From an uncultured Rhodospirillales bacterium (GTDB taxonomy: Bacteria > Pseudomonadota > Alphaproteobacteria > Acetobacterales > Acetobacteraceae), in assembly GCA_903845065.1 (NCBI GenBank), contig CAIMWH010000063.1, positions 40,003 through 104,002 on the forward strand: 64,000 bases of DNA, given 5' to 3'. How positions within the stretch are numbered: position 1 is the stretch's first letter; the number at the start of each line of letters is the position of its first letter. This document shows positions 47,157-56,218 of this stretch, one piece after another. The notes beneath the pieces are model-generated. The model had not been told where the DNA came from. It did no database searches and worked only from the letters and a program-made list of their open reading frames with translations. The position numbers were made by a program, and so were the translations under genes.

Positions 47157-47852
47157 ATGAACAAGACCATTTTGCTCGCCACTGCCGCGATCGCCCTGGC
47201 TCTCGCCACCCCCGCTTTCGCCCAGACCGCCGCCAACGCCGGTTGCAACCGTGCGCCGACCATGGCCGGCGCGTCGGGCAGCGAAGCCCCGAAGCTGGCC
47301 GGCGCGTCGGGTAGCGAAGCTCCGAAGCTGGCCGGCGCCTCGGGCAGCGAAGCCCCGAAGCTGGCTGGCGCCTCGGGCAGCGAAGCTCCGAAGCTGGCTG
47401 GTGCCTCGGGCAGCGAAGCTCCGAAGCTGGCCGGTGCCTCGGGCAGCGAAGCTCCGAAGCTGGCTGGCGCCTCGGGCAGCGAAGCTCCGAAGCTGGCCGG
47501 TGCCTCGGGCAGCGAAGCCCCGAAGCTGGCTGGCGCCTCGGGCAGCGAAGCTCCGAAGCTGGCCGGTGCCTCGGGCAGCGAAGCCCCGAAGCTGGCTGGC
47601 GCCTCGGGCAGCGAAGCCCCGAAGCTGGCCGGTGCCTCGGGCAGCGAAGCCCCGAAGCTGGCTGGCGCGTCGGGCAGCGAAGCCCCGAAGCTGGCTGGCG
47701 CCTCGGGCAGCGAAGCCCCGAAGCTGGCCGGTGCCTCGGGCAGCGAAGCTCCGAAGCTGGCCGGTGCCTCGGGCAGCGAAGCCCCGAAGCTGGCCGGCGC
47801 CTCGGGCAGCGAAGCCCCGAAGCTCGCCTCGGCCGCCTCGCCCTGCCCCTGA
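47157..47852 (+). CDS. secreted repeat protein: signal peptide + 17 x AGASGSEAPKL
   Basis: ATG 47157 follows AGGAGA. The signal peptide is MNKTILLATAAIALALATPAFA. Then come 17 identical 11-aa repeats and the tail ASAASPCP. A rho-independent terminator follows the gene. Confidence 0.75.
   Translation: MNKTILLATAAIALALATPAFAQTAANAGCNRAPTMAGASGSEAPKLAGASGSEAPKLAGASGSEAPKLAGASGSEAPKLAGASGSEAPKLAGASGSEAPKLAGASGSEAPKLAGASGSEAPKLAGASGSEAPKLAGASGSEAPKLAGASGSEAPKLAGASGSEAPKLAGASGSEAPKLAGASGSEAPKLAGASGSEAPKLAGASGSEAPKLAGASGSEAPKLASAASPCP
47265..47825 (+). repeat. 17 head-to-tail copies of a 33-bp unit (in frame)
   Basis: I delimited the units by hand at 47265, 47298, ... 47793. The consensus is gcYggYgcSTCgggYagcgaagcYccgaagctS. 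There are no spacers, so this is not a CRISPR array. Confidence 0.97.
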
Positions 47853-47885
47853 GCCTCGCTTCGGCACCCTAGCCTAAGCGTAATC

Positions 47886-47918
47886 ACCGCGGCGTCTCGC
47901 AAGAGGCGCCGCGGTTTT
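47886..47918. terminator. bidirectional rho-independent terminator between convergent genes
   Basis: The stem accgcggcgtctc (47886-47898) pairs with gaggcgccgcggt (47903-47915), with loop gcaa and one G-U pair. It is followed by TTTT on the plus strand. It overlaps the stop codon of the minus-strand gene. Confidence 0.7.
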
Positions 47919-48624
47919 ACGTGTTGGCCGCCTTGCGCAACGCCTCCAACTCCGCCTGCATCACATCGAGGTTCTGGAACAGCCGGCTCGTCGTCAGTTG
48001 CAGGAAATGGAAGCCGAAATCCGGGTTCTGGAAAATCAACTCCATCACATTCTCATACGTGATCGACAGCAGTTCCCCATCCGCCACGCATTCCAGCGAC
48101 TGCGTCCGCCGCCCGCTCGGCGCCAATAACCCCAACTCGCCGACAAACTGCCCCGGCGGCAACGTCAACCCGATCTCCGTCACCCGGAAACTGCCCGCCA
48201 CGATATAGTGCAGGTCATGCGCCGGCTCCCCCTTGCGGAACAGCACCTCCCCCGCCCGGCATTTGCGCCGCTTCATATAGGGTTTCAGCGACGCCATCGT
48301 GTGATCGCCCTGCGCCGCCGCCCGCACCCGGCGGATCAGCCGCATCATCTGCCAGATCCGTACCGCGTTCAGCGGCACCAGCACCACATGCAGCAGCAGC
48401 GTGGGAAACTGCCCGTGCAGCAGGGCATAGGCGATGAAGCACAAATTGCTCAGCAGCGTCAGCGCCCGCAGCGGGATCATCAACCGCATCATGAGCGACG
48501 CGATCACGAACCCCGCGCCGATATAGCCAGGCACTTCGTCCCACGTGGCATGCGCGGCCAGCGTCGCCCCTATTTCGTGCCACGACACATGCGCGGTCAT
48601 CCACGCCCACGGGTCCATGCCCAT
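47917..48624 (-). CDS. membrane-anchored cyclic-nucleotide-binding domain protein
   Basis: 235 aa. The N-terminal half has about three TM helices. The C-terminal cNMP-binding beta-roll contains FRKGEPAHDLHYIVAGSF...FVGELGLLAPSGRRTQS. No further output domain is present. Confidence 0.8.
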   Translation of the reverse strand: MGMDPWAWMTAHVSWHEIGATLAAHATWDEVPGYIGAGFVIASLMMRLMIPLRALTLLSNLCFIAYALLHGQFPTLLLHVVLVPLNAVRIWQMMRLIRRVRAAAQGDHTMASLKPYMKRRKCRAGEVLFRKGEPAHDLHYIVAGSFRVTEIGLTLPPGQFVGELGLLAPSGRRTQSLECVADGELLSITYENVMELIFQNPDFGFHFLQLTTSRLFQNLDVMQAELEALRKAANT

Positions 48625-48648
48625 CGTTCCCCTTGCCGCCGCGTTCGC

Positions 48649-50544
48649 CTAGCCCTCTGGCATCCCGGCCCGTTGCAGACCTTCCAGGAGATTGGGCGTG
48701 CCCGCCAGATAGCGATCCTTGCGCACATCCGCGAGCGTGCGAATGGCCGGGGTGCCGGCCAGATACCTGTCGAGGTCCGCCCGCGCTTCCGCCGGCATCC
48801 CGCTTGCGCTCTCCGCCGCGATCACCACCAGCAGCGGCCAGTCGAGCGCCCGGGCCGGGCTTTCGGCGATCGCCGCGCGCGCCACCACCACCGCCTCGGC
48901 CCACCGCCCGGTCGCCAGCAGCGCCGTCGCGGTTTGCGCGTCGAGGACGAAATCCGAGTCACCGGAGCGCTTGGCATCCTGGAAACTCGCCAGCGATTCG
49001 GCGAATTTGCCCTGCCCGTGCAGGATCACGCCGATTTCCCGCTGGGTGTCCGCCAGATTGGGGCTGATTTCCAGCACCCGCCGGTTCACCGCCAGCGCCT
49101 GCTCCAGGTTGCCCTGCGCCCGCAGCACATAGGCCTTGGTGCGCAACAGATATACATCGCGCCCGCGCCCCTCCAGCAGCCGGTCCACCGTCCGCCCGGC
49201 GAACGCCAGGTCTCCCTCGCGATCCACCGACCACTCGTTCAGCACCTGCACCACCCGCAGCCGCGCCGCCAGCGACAGTGCCACCGCGTTGGCGGGATCG
49301 AGCGCGATCGCCTGGTCGAGCAGCCCGATGCGCGCCGCGAGGTTCACCCTGGTCAGCGGCAGCACCGCGCTTTCGATCGCCGCCAGATAGTAATCCGTCG
49401 TGTCCAGCGCCGCCGGCCGCTCGCGCCGCGCCCGCGCCACCTCGGCATCGATCATCGCCTGATGCACATCGAGCGCCACCGTGGCCACCACGTCCCCCGC
49501 CGTGTCGCGCGCAGCGGCACGATCGAACGTCAGCGACCAGACCTCGCGGCCCTCCTGGGTCTCGAACAACGAGGCCGCCACCCTGAGCCGCCCGTCCTGC
49601 TCGGCCGCGCTGCCGGTCAGCACGAAATGCACATTCTGCTCGCGCCCGATGGTGCGCGGCTCGGGCGGCCGCCCCTGGTAGCGCGCCGCCGCCGGCACCA
49701 CCGGCCAACCATAATCCGCGGCCACCCGCTCGCCGATATCGCGCGAAATCCGCCCCGCCCCGCCCTCGAACGGCAGCACGATCAAGGAGCCGCGCCGATC
49801 CAGCGCCGCCGGCCGCGCCGGCAACACCGGCACCGCGGCCACCACCGCCGGCCGCGCCCCCGCTCCCACCAGCCACCACCCTGCCGCCCCTGCCAGTGCG
49901 AACACCGCCACCACCCCGGCCACCACCACCCAGCGGCGCGATGACCGCCCCGACAGGCGCCCGCCACCAACAAGGGCTGACTGCGGCAGCACATGGGCGG
50001 GCAATGCCGCGATATCGTCGGCCGAAAGCCCGAACACGCCCACCGCCCGCGCGATATTCTTCACCGTCTGCTCGCCCAGATCGGCAAACGAGATCGACAG
50101 CCGATCCCGCACCTGGTCATTGGCCGAGCGCGAAATGCACACCCCGCCCGGCTCGCACAGCGTTTCCAGCCGCGCCGCCACATTCACCCCGTCGCCAAAG
50201 ATGTCCCCACCATCGATGATGATGTCGCCCACATTGATCCCGATCCGCAGCACGATCCGCCGCGCCTCGGCCACATTGGCGTTGAACCCCACCATCGCCC
50301 GCTGGATCGCCACCGCGCACGCCACCGCGTCCACCACCGAGGCGAACTCCACCATCAGCCCGTCCCCGGCGATCGTCACGATCCGGCCGTTGTGCCGCGC
50401 GATCTCCGGGTCGATCCGCTCCCGCCGGTGCGCCTTCAGCCCGTTGAGCGTGCCGAGTTCATCGGCGCCCATGAGCTGGCTGTATCCGGCGACATCCATC
50501 GCCAGGATTGCCGCCAGCCGGCGCTCGATTCGGGGTGCAGTCAC
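48649..50544 (-). CDS. class III adenylate/guanylate cyclase with TM segment and TPR-like C-terminal region
   Basis: GTG start. The cyclase domain opens ERRLAAILAMDVAGYSQLM and includes IAGDGLMVEF and GDGVNVAARLE. A TM helix follows (WVVVAGVVAVFALAGAAGWWLV), then a long helical-repeat region. Confidence 0.85.
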   Translation of the reverse strand: MTAPRIERRLAAILAMDVAGYSQLMGADELGTLNGLKAHRRERIDPEIARHNGRIVTIAGDGLMVEFASVVDAVACAVAIQRAMVGFNANVAEARRIVLRIGINVGDIIIDGGDIFGDGVNVAARLETLCEPGGVCISRSANDQVRDRLSISFADLGEQTVKNIARAVGVFGLSADDIAALPAHVLPQSALVGGGRLSGRSSRRWVVVAGVVAVFALAGAAGWWLVGAGARPAVVAAVPVLPARPAALDRRGSLIVLPFEGGAGRISRDIGERVAADYGWPVVPAAARYQGRPPEPRTIGREQNVHFVLTGSAAEQDGRLRVAASLFETQEGREVWSLTFDRAAARDTAGDVVATVALDVHQAMIDAEVARARRERPAALDTTDYYLAAIESAVLPLTRVNLAARIGLLDQAIALDPANAVALSLAARLRVVQVLNEWSVDREGDLAFAGRTVDRLLEGRGRDVYLLRTKAYVLRAQGNLEQALAVNRRVLEISPNLADTQREIGVILHGQGKFAESLASFQDAKRSGDSDFVLDAQTATALLATGRWAEAVVVARAAIAESPARALDWPLLVVIAAESASGMPAEARADLDRYLAGTPAIRTLADVRKDRYLAGTPNLLEGLQRAGMPEG

Positions 50545-50647
50545 ACAGGTCCTCCGGGCAGGGATGCCGGTTTCAACATGTCCTGAATCAGAAAAAATGG
50601 ACAGGGGGCTGCGTCGTCCGGCGCATTTGGGCCCTCCCCGGGGCCCG

Positions 50648-51259
50648 TCAGGCCACCGGCCGCGTCATCTGGAACAGGGACGTCACCTCGGCATAGTCCC
50701 CGGCATAGCCGCAACGCGCCACCGGCCGGGCCGCCGCGGTGTCGAAAATGCCGTCCTTGAGGAAGCTGCCGTTGATATGCACGCCCACCACCTCGCCCAG
50801 GATCAGCCAGTTCTCCATCTCCACCCCATGCGCGTCCGACAGGCGGATGATCGCCGTCTTGCGGCACTCCAGCGCCGCCACCGCGCGCGCCACCAGTGGC
50901 GGACGCACCAGGCGCGCCGGCGCCGCTTCCAGCCCGGCGCGGATCATCTCGTTCTCGCCGAACGGCAGCGGCGCCGCCGTGATATTCATCGCCTCGGCCA
51001 AGTCGCGGGACACCAGGTTGCACACGAACTCCCCGGTCTCCTCCACGTTACGCACGCTGTCCTTCCACCCCTCGGTGGCGAACCCCACCAGCGGCGGGCG
51101 CGAGGCGAACGCGTTGAAGAAGCTGTAGGGGGCCAGGTTCACCCGCCCCTGCCCGTCGATCGTCGTCACCCAGCCCACCGGGCGCGGCGCCACGATGGCC
51201 TTGAACGGGTCATGCGGCAGTCCGTGGCCCTTGCGGGGCTCGTAGAAATAATCAGTCAT
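50648..51259 (-). CDS. flavin reductase family protein (FMN-binding split barrel)
   Basis: ATG 51259 (MTDYFYEPRKGHGLPHDPFKAIVAPRPVGWVTT...NLAPYSFFNA). Confidence 0.85.
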   Translation of the reverse strand: MTDYFYEPRKGHGLPHDPFKAIVAPRPVGWVTTIDGQGRVNLAPYSFFNAFASRPPLVGFATEGWKDSVRNVEETGEFVCNLVSRDLAEAMNITAAPLPFGENEMIRAGLEAAPARLVRPPLVARAVAALECRKTAIIRLSDAHGVEMENWLILGEVVGVHINGSFLKDGIFDTAAARPVARCGYAGDYAEVTSLFQMTRPVA

Positions 51260-51335
51260 GGGATGCTCCGTTGCCTGCCGCCGAACGCCGCACCGCAATC
51301 CCTGATCAGCACCCCCGCGTCAAGCGGCCAGACCG

Positions 51336-52262
51336 TCAATCCAGCGCCAGTTCCCAGGTCTCCTCGGTCAAGTCCACCCCGAATGCCTGGATCGGCCCGC
51401 TCGCGGTCAGCACATAGCCCTCCGCCGCATACAGCCGCCGCGCCGCCGTCAGGATCGAATGGGTCCACAGCGTGATCCGCTGATACCCCGCCGCCCGTGC
51501 GAACGCGGTGCATTCCGAGACCAGGCGCGCCCCGATCCCCAGCCCGCGCGCCGCCGGATCGACGATCAGCAGCCGCAGCTTGGCCACCGTGTCGGACTGC
51601 CGCACCAGGAACACCGACCCGAGCGGCACCCCATCGCGCACCGCGATCCACGCCGCCTCGCGCGCCGGATCAAACGCCCGCATCACATCGGTGACAATTT
51701 CCGCCACCGCATGCTCGAACGTGCCATCCCAGCCATATTCCGCCGCATAGAGCGAACCATGGCGTGAAATGATCCAGCCCAGGTCCCCCGGCACCACGCC
51801 GCGCAACTCCCAGGCAGGCGGGGTGCCGAGCGTCCGCTCGATCTCCGCCATCGCCGCCAGGACCCGATCGGCCGCCGGCGCCGCCATGCGGTCCAGCAAC
51901 GCGGCCGCCTTGGCCCGCCATTCCACGTCCTGCCCGCCCTGCACCCCGTCCCCATCCACCGACAGCCGCAGGATCGACCGCCGCCCGTCCAGTGGATCGG
52001 CCACCCGGACCAGCAGCCCGTCACGATCGAACCGGCTCAGGATGCGGCTCAGATACCCGGTGTCCAACCCCAACTCGCGCGCCAGCACCGCGGCCGAGCA
52101 GCCATCCCGGTGCCGGATTTCAAACAGCACCCGGATCTCGGTCAGCGAATACGCCCCGCCCTGCAATCCATCGTCCAGCAAGCCGATAACGCGGGTGTAG
52201 AACCGGTTGAACCGCCGCAACGCCGCAATCCGATCCGACATACCGTGCTGCCCACCGCTCAT
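51336..52262 (-). CDS. bifunctional MarR-type HTH regulator / GNAT N-acetyltransferase
   Basis: The N-terminal winged helix contains LRRFNRFYTRVIG...LTEIRVLFEI. The C-terminal GNAT region contains RGLGIGARLV. The start is ATG 52262, or alternatively 52241. Confidence 0.8.
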   Translation of the reverse strand: MSGGQHGMSDRIAALRRFNRFYTRVIGLLDDGLQGGAYSLTEIRVLFEIRHRDGCSAAVLARELGLDTGYLSRILSRFDRDGLLVRVADPLDGRRSILRLSVDGDGVQGGQDVEWRAKAAALLDRMAAPAADRVLAAMAEIERTLGTPPAWELRGVVPGDLGWIISRHGSLYAAEYGWDGTFEHAVAEIVTDVMRAFDPAREAAWIAVRDGVPLGSVFLVRQSDTVAKLRLLIVDPAARGLGIGARLVSECTAFARAAGYQRITLWTHSILTAARRLYAAEGYVLTASGPIQAFGVDLTEETWELALD

Positions 52263-52481
52263 GCGCCGTACCCGGCCCGCGCAACCACCCACCGGCCAAC
52301 AAGCCCCGCGCCTTGCCGCTCCATCCTCTACTCCGCTGTCATGATTTGCATTCTTCGCAGCAGCCCGAATCGCCGAGCGAACGTTTGGATGCAACGATCA
52401 TCGCAGCCGATTCGCAGCCGCGCAAGGTAATGATTGTTGTAGCGACATCGATCGCACGGCATTTCCAGATCGTTCCAATAC

Positions 52482-52514
52482 AAAAAAAGGGCCGCCCGGT
52501 TGCCCGGGCGGCCC
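52482..52514 (-). terminator. rho-independent terminator downstream of amtB
   Basis: A perfect 11-bp stem gggccgcccgg (52489-52499) pairs with ccgggcggccc (52504-52514), with loop ttgc. A7 on the plus strand (52482-52488) reads as a U7 tail on the minus-strand transcript. Confidence 0.85.
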
Positions 52515-52537
52515 TTTCCATCAAGTCGCTGACAGGA

Positions 52538-53905
52538 TCAGCCGATACGCTCGCCGTGGAGCACCACGTCCAGCCCCTCGCGCTCCTCTTCCTCGGTGAC
52601 CCGCAGGCCAACCACCGCGTCGACGATCTTGAGGATGATGAACGTCACCACACCCGACCAGATCAGCGTCGCGGCGACCGCGATCACCTGTGCCTCGAAC
52701 TGCGCCAGGCCGCCGATGTTCACGCCCTCCTTGGCAGCTTCGGTGGCGGTGAACGGGCCATAGGCGAACACGCCGGTGAGCAGCGCGCCGATGATGCCGC
52801 CCACGCCATGCACGCCGAAGGCGTCCAGGCTGTCGTCATAGCCCATCATGTGCTTCAGCGACGTCGCCGACCAGAAGCACACCACGCCGGCCACGATGCC
52901 GATGATCAGTGCCGGACCCGGCAGCACGAAGCCCGAAGCCGGGGTGATGGCAACCAGGCCGGCCACCGCACCCGAGATCGCGCCGAGCACCGAGGGCTTA
53001 CCCTTGGCGGCCCATTCCGCGAACATCCACGACAGCGCGGCGGCAGCGGTGGCGATCTGCGTGACCGTCATCGCCATACCGGCGCGGCCGTTGGCGGCAA
53101 CCGCCGAGCCCGCGTTGAAGCCGAACCAGCCCACCCACAGCAGCGCCGCGCCGATCACGGCCAGCGAGACATTGAACGGCGCCATGTTGTCGGTGCCGTA
53201 GCCAACGCGCTTGCCCAGCACGAGGGCGCAAACCAGGCCGGCGATACCGGCGTTGATGTGCACCACGGTGCCGCCCGCGAAGTCGGCCGCGCCCGGTAGG
53301 CCGAACACGCCGGCCGCGAGCCAGCCCGTCGGCGCCCACACCCAATGCGCCACCGGCGAGTAGACCAGCAGCGACCACAGCGTGATGAAGATCAGCAGCG
53401 CCGAGAACTTCATGCGGTCCGCGAAGGCGCCGGCGATCAGCGCCGGGGTGATGATGGCGAACGTCATCTGGAACATCATGAACACCGTCTCGGGCACCGT
53501 CTGCGGCACTTCGAGGTCCTTCAGACCAGCGCCCAGGATGAACGGCTTGTCCCAGTTGGCGCCGAAGCCATTGAGGAAGAAGCGGCTCAGGTCACCGATG
53601 TAGGCATTGCCGTTGGTGAAGGCGAGCGAGTAGCCCGCGATCATCCACACCACCGTCACCAGCGCGGTGATGGCGAAGGACTGCATCATGGTGGCGAGGA
53701 TGTTCTTCTTGCGCACCATGCCGGCATAGAACAGCGCCAGGCCGGGAATGGTCATCAGCAGCACCAGCGCGGTGCTGGTCAGCATCCATGCGGTATCGCC
53801 CGAATCGAGCTTGGGCGCGGCGGGTGCCGCGTCTTCGGCAAAAGCCGACACGCTGAGCACCAGCATGGGCAACGCGAAGGCCGCGCGCCGGAAGAGGGTT
53901 TTCAT
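52538..53905 (-). CDS. amtB: ammonium transporter
   Basis: 455 aa. It has a signal peptide and Amt signatures DSGDTAWML, FYAGMVRKKN and DFAGGTVVHINAG. It follows glnK. Confidence 0.95.
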   Translation of the reverse strand: MKTLFRRAAFALPMLVLSVSAFAEDAAPAAPKLDSGDTAWMLTSTALVLLMTIPGLALFYAGMVRKKNILATMMQSFAITALVTVVWMIAGYSLAFTNGNAYIGDLSRFFLNGFGANWDKPFILGAGLKDLEVPQTVPETVFMMFQMTFAIITPALIAGAFADRMKFSALLIFITLWSLLVYSPVAHWVWAPTGWLAAGVFGLPGAADFAGGTVVHINAGIAGLVCALVLGKRVGYGTDNMAPFNVSLAVIGAALLWVGWFGFNAGSAVAANGRAGMAMTVTQIATAAAALSWMFAEWAAKGKPSVLGAISGAVAGLVAITPASGFVLPGPALIIGIVAGVVCFWSATSLKHMMGYDDSLDAFGVHGVGGIIGALLTGVFAYGPFTATEAAKEGVNIGGLAQFEAQVIAVAATLIWSGVVTFIILKIVDAVVGLRVTEEEEREGLDVVLHGERIG

Positions 53906-53931
53906 ATTCCTTGGGTCCTTCTGCGTGGCGC

Positions 53932-54354
<423 letters not shown>

Positions 54355-54355
54355 T

Positions 54356-54371
54356 TACAAGAACCGTGCCA
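54356..54371 (-). promoter_or_regulatory. sigma-54 (-24/-12) promoter candidate for glnK-amtB
   Basis: The minus strand reads TGGCACGGTTCTTGTA, compared with the consensus TGGCAC-N5-TTGC(A/T). It lies about 85 nt upstream of the glnK ATG. Confidence 0.5.
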
Positions 54372-54462
54372 GACGATTCAGCGGCCTCGCGGACCAGTTC
54401 GTTGAGAAAGTCAGCGCATAGATTGCCTAAATTTCATGCAATCGCGCGCGATCCGCCCAACC

Positions 54463-56001
54463 CTACGCCCGCCGCCGCCGCAAACTCCGCAGATCGAACG
54501 CCCCGATCGCCTGACCCACCACGCCGTAGGCCAGCACCCCGCCGGCCACCAGCACCCCGAGCCCCACCCAGCGCAGCAGATGCCCCCCGGCCAGCGGCAC
54601 AAACACCAGGCTGCGCAGCGCCACCAGCACCGCCACCATCGCAAGCCCCGCCACCAGCATGCGCGGCACCACCCGCGCCAGCGTGGCATCCACCGCCAGA
54701 TGCCCGCGGCGCATCAGCACGAAGCCCAGCCCCGCCACATTCGCCCACGCCGCCAGCGCCGATGCCAACGGCGGCCCGAGATGCTGCAACGGCACCAGGA
54801 ACGCCACGTTGAGCGCCAGGTTGAGCACCACGCAGCCCGTGCCGATCTTCACCGGCATGGCGGTATCGCCGCGGGCGAAAAACCCCGGGATCAGCACCTT
54901 CACCAGCACGAACGCCGGCAGGCCCGACGCATACGCCGCCAGCGCCTGGGCCGACAGCCGCACATCCTCGGCGGTGAACGCGCCCCGCTCGAACAGCACC
55001 GACAAAATCGGCGCCGGGATCGCCAGCAGCGCCAGGGTTGCCGGCAAAATCAGCACCAGTGCGTATTCCACCGCCCGGTTGAGGGTGGAAATCGCCGCCG
55101 CCGCCTCGCCCCCCAGCGCCTGGCGCGACAGCGTCGGCAGCAGCGCCGTGCCCACCGCCACCCCGATAGTGCCCAGCGGCAACTGGTTGATCCGGTCGGC
55201 GTAATACAGGATCGACACCACTCCGCTCGGCAGCAGCGTACTGACGATGGTGTCGACGGCGAGGTTGAGTTGCGTCACCCCCGCCCCCAGCAGCCCCGGC
55301 GCCATGCGGCGAAACAGCAGCCGCATCTGCGGCGTCAACCGCGGCCGCGGGATGGAAAACCGCATCCCGGCCTGCCGCACCGCCCACACCAGCAGCCCCA
55401 GTTGGAACACGCCGGACGCCGAGACACCCCACGCCAACGCATGCCCGGTGGTCGGCACCAGCCCGGCCAGCCCGATCATGAAGGCGATCGAGGTCACATT
55501 ATAGATAACCGGTGCCGCCGCCGCCGCCGCGAACTTGTCCAGCCCGTTCAGTACCCCGGAGAACAGCGCCGTCAAGCATATCAACGGCATATAGGGAAAA
55601 GTGATCCGGCTGAGTTCCACCGCGATGGCGAATTTCGCCGGATCGGCATGGAACCCCGGCGCCAGCACCAGCAGCACCGCCGGCATGAACAACTCGAACA
55701 GCGCGGTGAGCCCCACCAGCCAGAACAGCATCACCGAGGTCGCCTCGGCGGCAAAGCTGCGCGCCGCCTCCGGCCCCTCGGCGGCCAGCAACCCGGAGAA
55801 CGCCGGCACGAACGCCGCGTTGAACGCCCCCTCGCCGAACAGCCGGCGGAACAGATTGGGCAGCTTGTTCGCCACAAAGAAGGCATCCGCCACCGAGCCC
55901 GCCCCCAGCAGCGCCGCGATCAGGATATCGCGCAGGAAGCCGAGAACCCGGCTGGCCATCGTCCAGCCGCCAACGGTGAGGATACTTTTCAGCATGAGCA
56001 T
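54463..56001 (-). CDS. murJ: lipid II flippase MurJ
   Basis: Inner part of ORF 54463..56271. The start is ATG 56001 or 55995 (MLMLKSILTVGGWTMASRVLGFLRDILIAALLGAG..ADAFFVA..LPNLFRRLFGEGAF). Confidence 0.9.
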   Translation of the reverse strand: MLMLKSILTVGGWTMASRVLGFLRDILIAALLGAGSVADAFFVANKLPNLFRRLFGEGAFNAAFVPAFSGLLAAEGPEAARSFAAEATSVMLFWLVGLTALFELFMPAVLLVLAPGFHADPAKFAIAVELSRITFPYMPLICLTALFSGVLNGLDKFAAAAAAPVIYNVTSIAFMIGLAGLVPTTGHALAWGVSASGVFQLGLLVWAVRQAGMRFSIPRPRLTPQMRLLFRRMAPGLLGAGVTQLNLAVDTIVSTLLPSGVVSILYYADRINQLPLGTIGVAVGTALLPTLSRQALGGEAAAAISTLNRAVEYALVLILPATLALLAIPAPILSVLFERGAFTAEDVRLSAQALAAYASGLPAFVLVKVLIPGFFARGDTAMPVKIGTGCVVLNLALNVAFLVPLQHLGPPLASALAAWANVAGLGFVLMRRGHLAVDATLARVVPRMLVAGLAMVAVLVALRSLVFVPLAGGHLLRWVGLGVLVAGGVLAYGVVGQAIGAFDLRSLRRRRA

Positions 56002-56169
56002 CCCTAAACGCAGAAAGCCGGCCCGGGCAAGAACCCGAACCGGCTTTCCCACGCAGGCAGCCTCTGGGGGGAGGGGCCGCCGCGACGCGCAGTCGAGGGG
56101 GGAGGTTCGACCAGCGCGGAACTGAAACTCTGATGGGCGCGATATGGCGTCACAACGCACACAATGTAA

Positions 56170-56191
56170 GCCACCTTCGCCCGAAGGTGGC
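56170..56191 (-). terminator. hairpin downstream of gpsA (weak terminator candidate)
   Basis: A perfect 9-bp stem gccaccttc pairs with gaaggtggc, with loop gccc. The following U-tract on the minus strand is poor. Confidence 0.3.
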
Positions 56192-56218
56192 ATGCACCGT
56201 GCGCATGCGTAGCGCCTT

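Noticed and set aside
47265-47825. Possible CRISPR array (regular 33-bp periodicity)
   Set aside because: The units are contiguous with no spacers, lie in frame inside a CDS, and no cas genes are present.
47027-47902. 291-aa minus-strand ORF reading ASFGASLPEAP repeats, plus two further repeat ORFs (47091-47867 minus, 47251-47877 plus)
   Set aside because: All inter-unit DNA differences are synonymous only in the plus-strand frame starting at 47157. That frame also has an RBS, a signal peptide and a terminator. The other frames lack start signals, and the unit differences would change their peptides.
50579-50604. TGTCC-N15-GGACA inverted repeat upstream of the cyclase gene
   Set aside because: It has only 5-bp arms with a long spacer, which is too weak to call an operator.
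54436-56007. 523-aa plus-strand ORF
   Set aside because: It is antisense to murJ, with a highly basic R/Q/H/P-rich product. The minus strand gives a canonical MurJ sequence.
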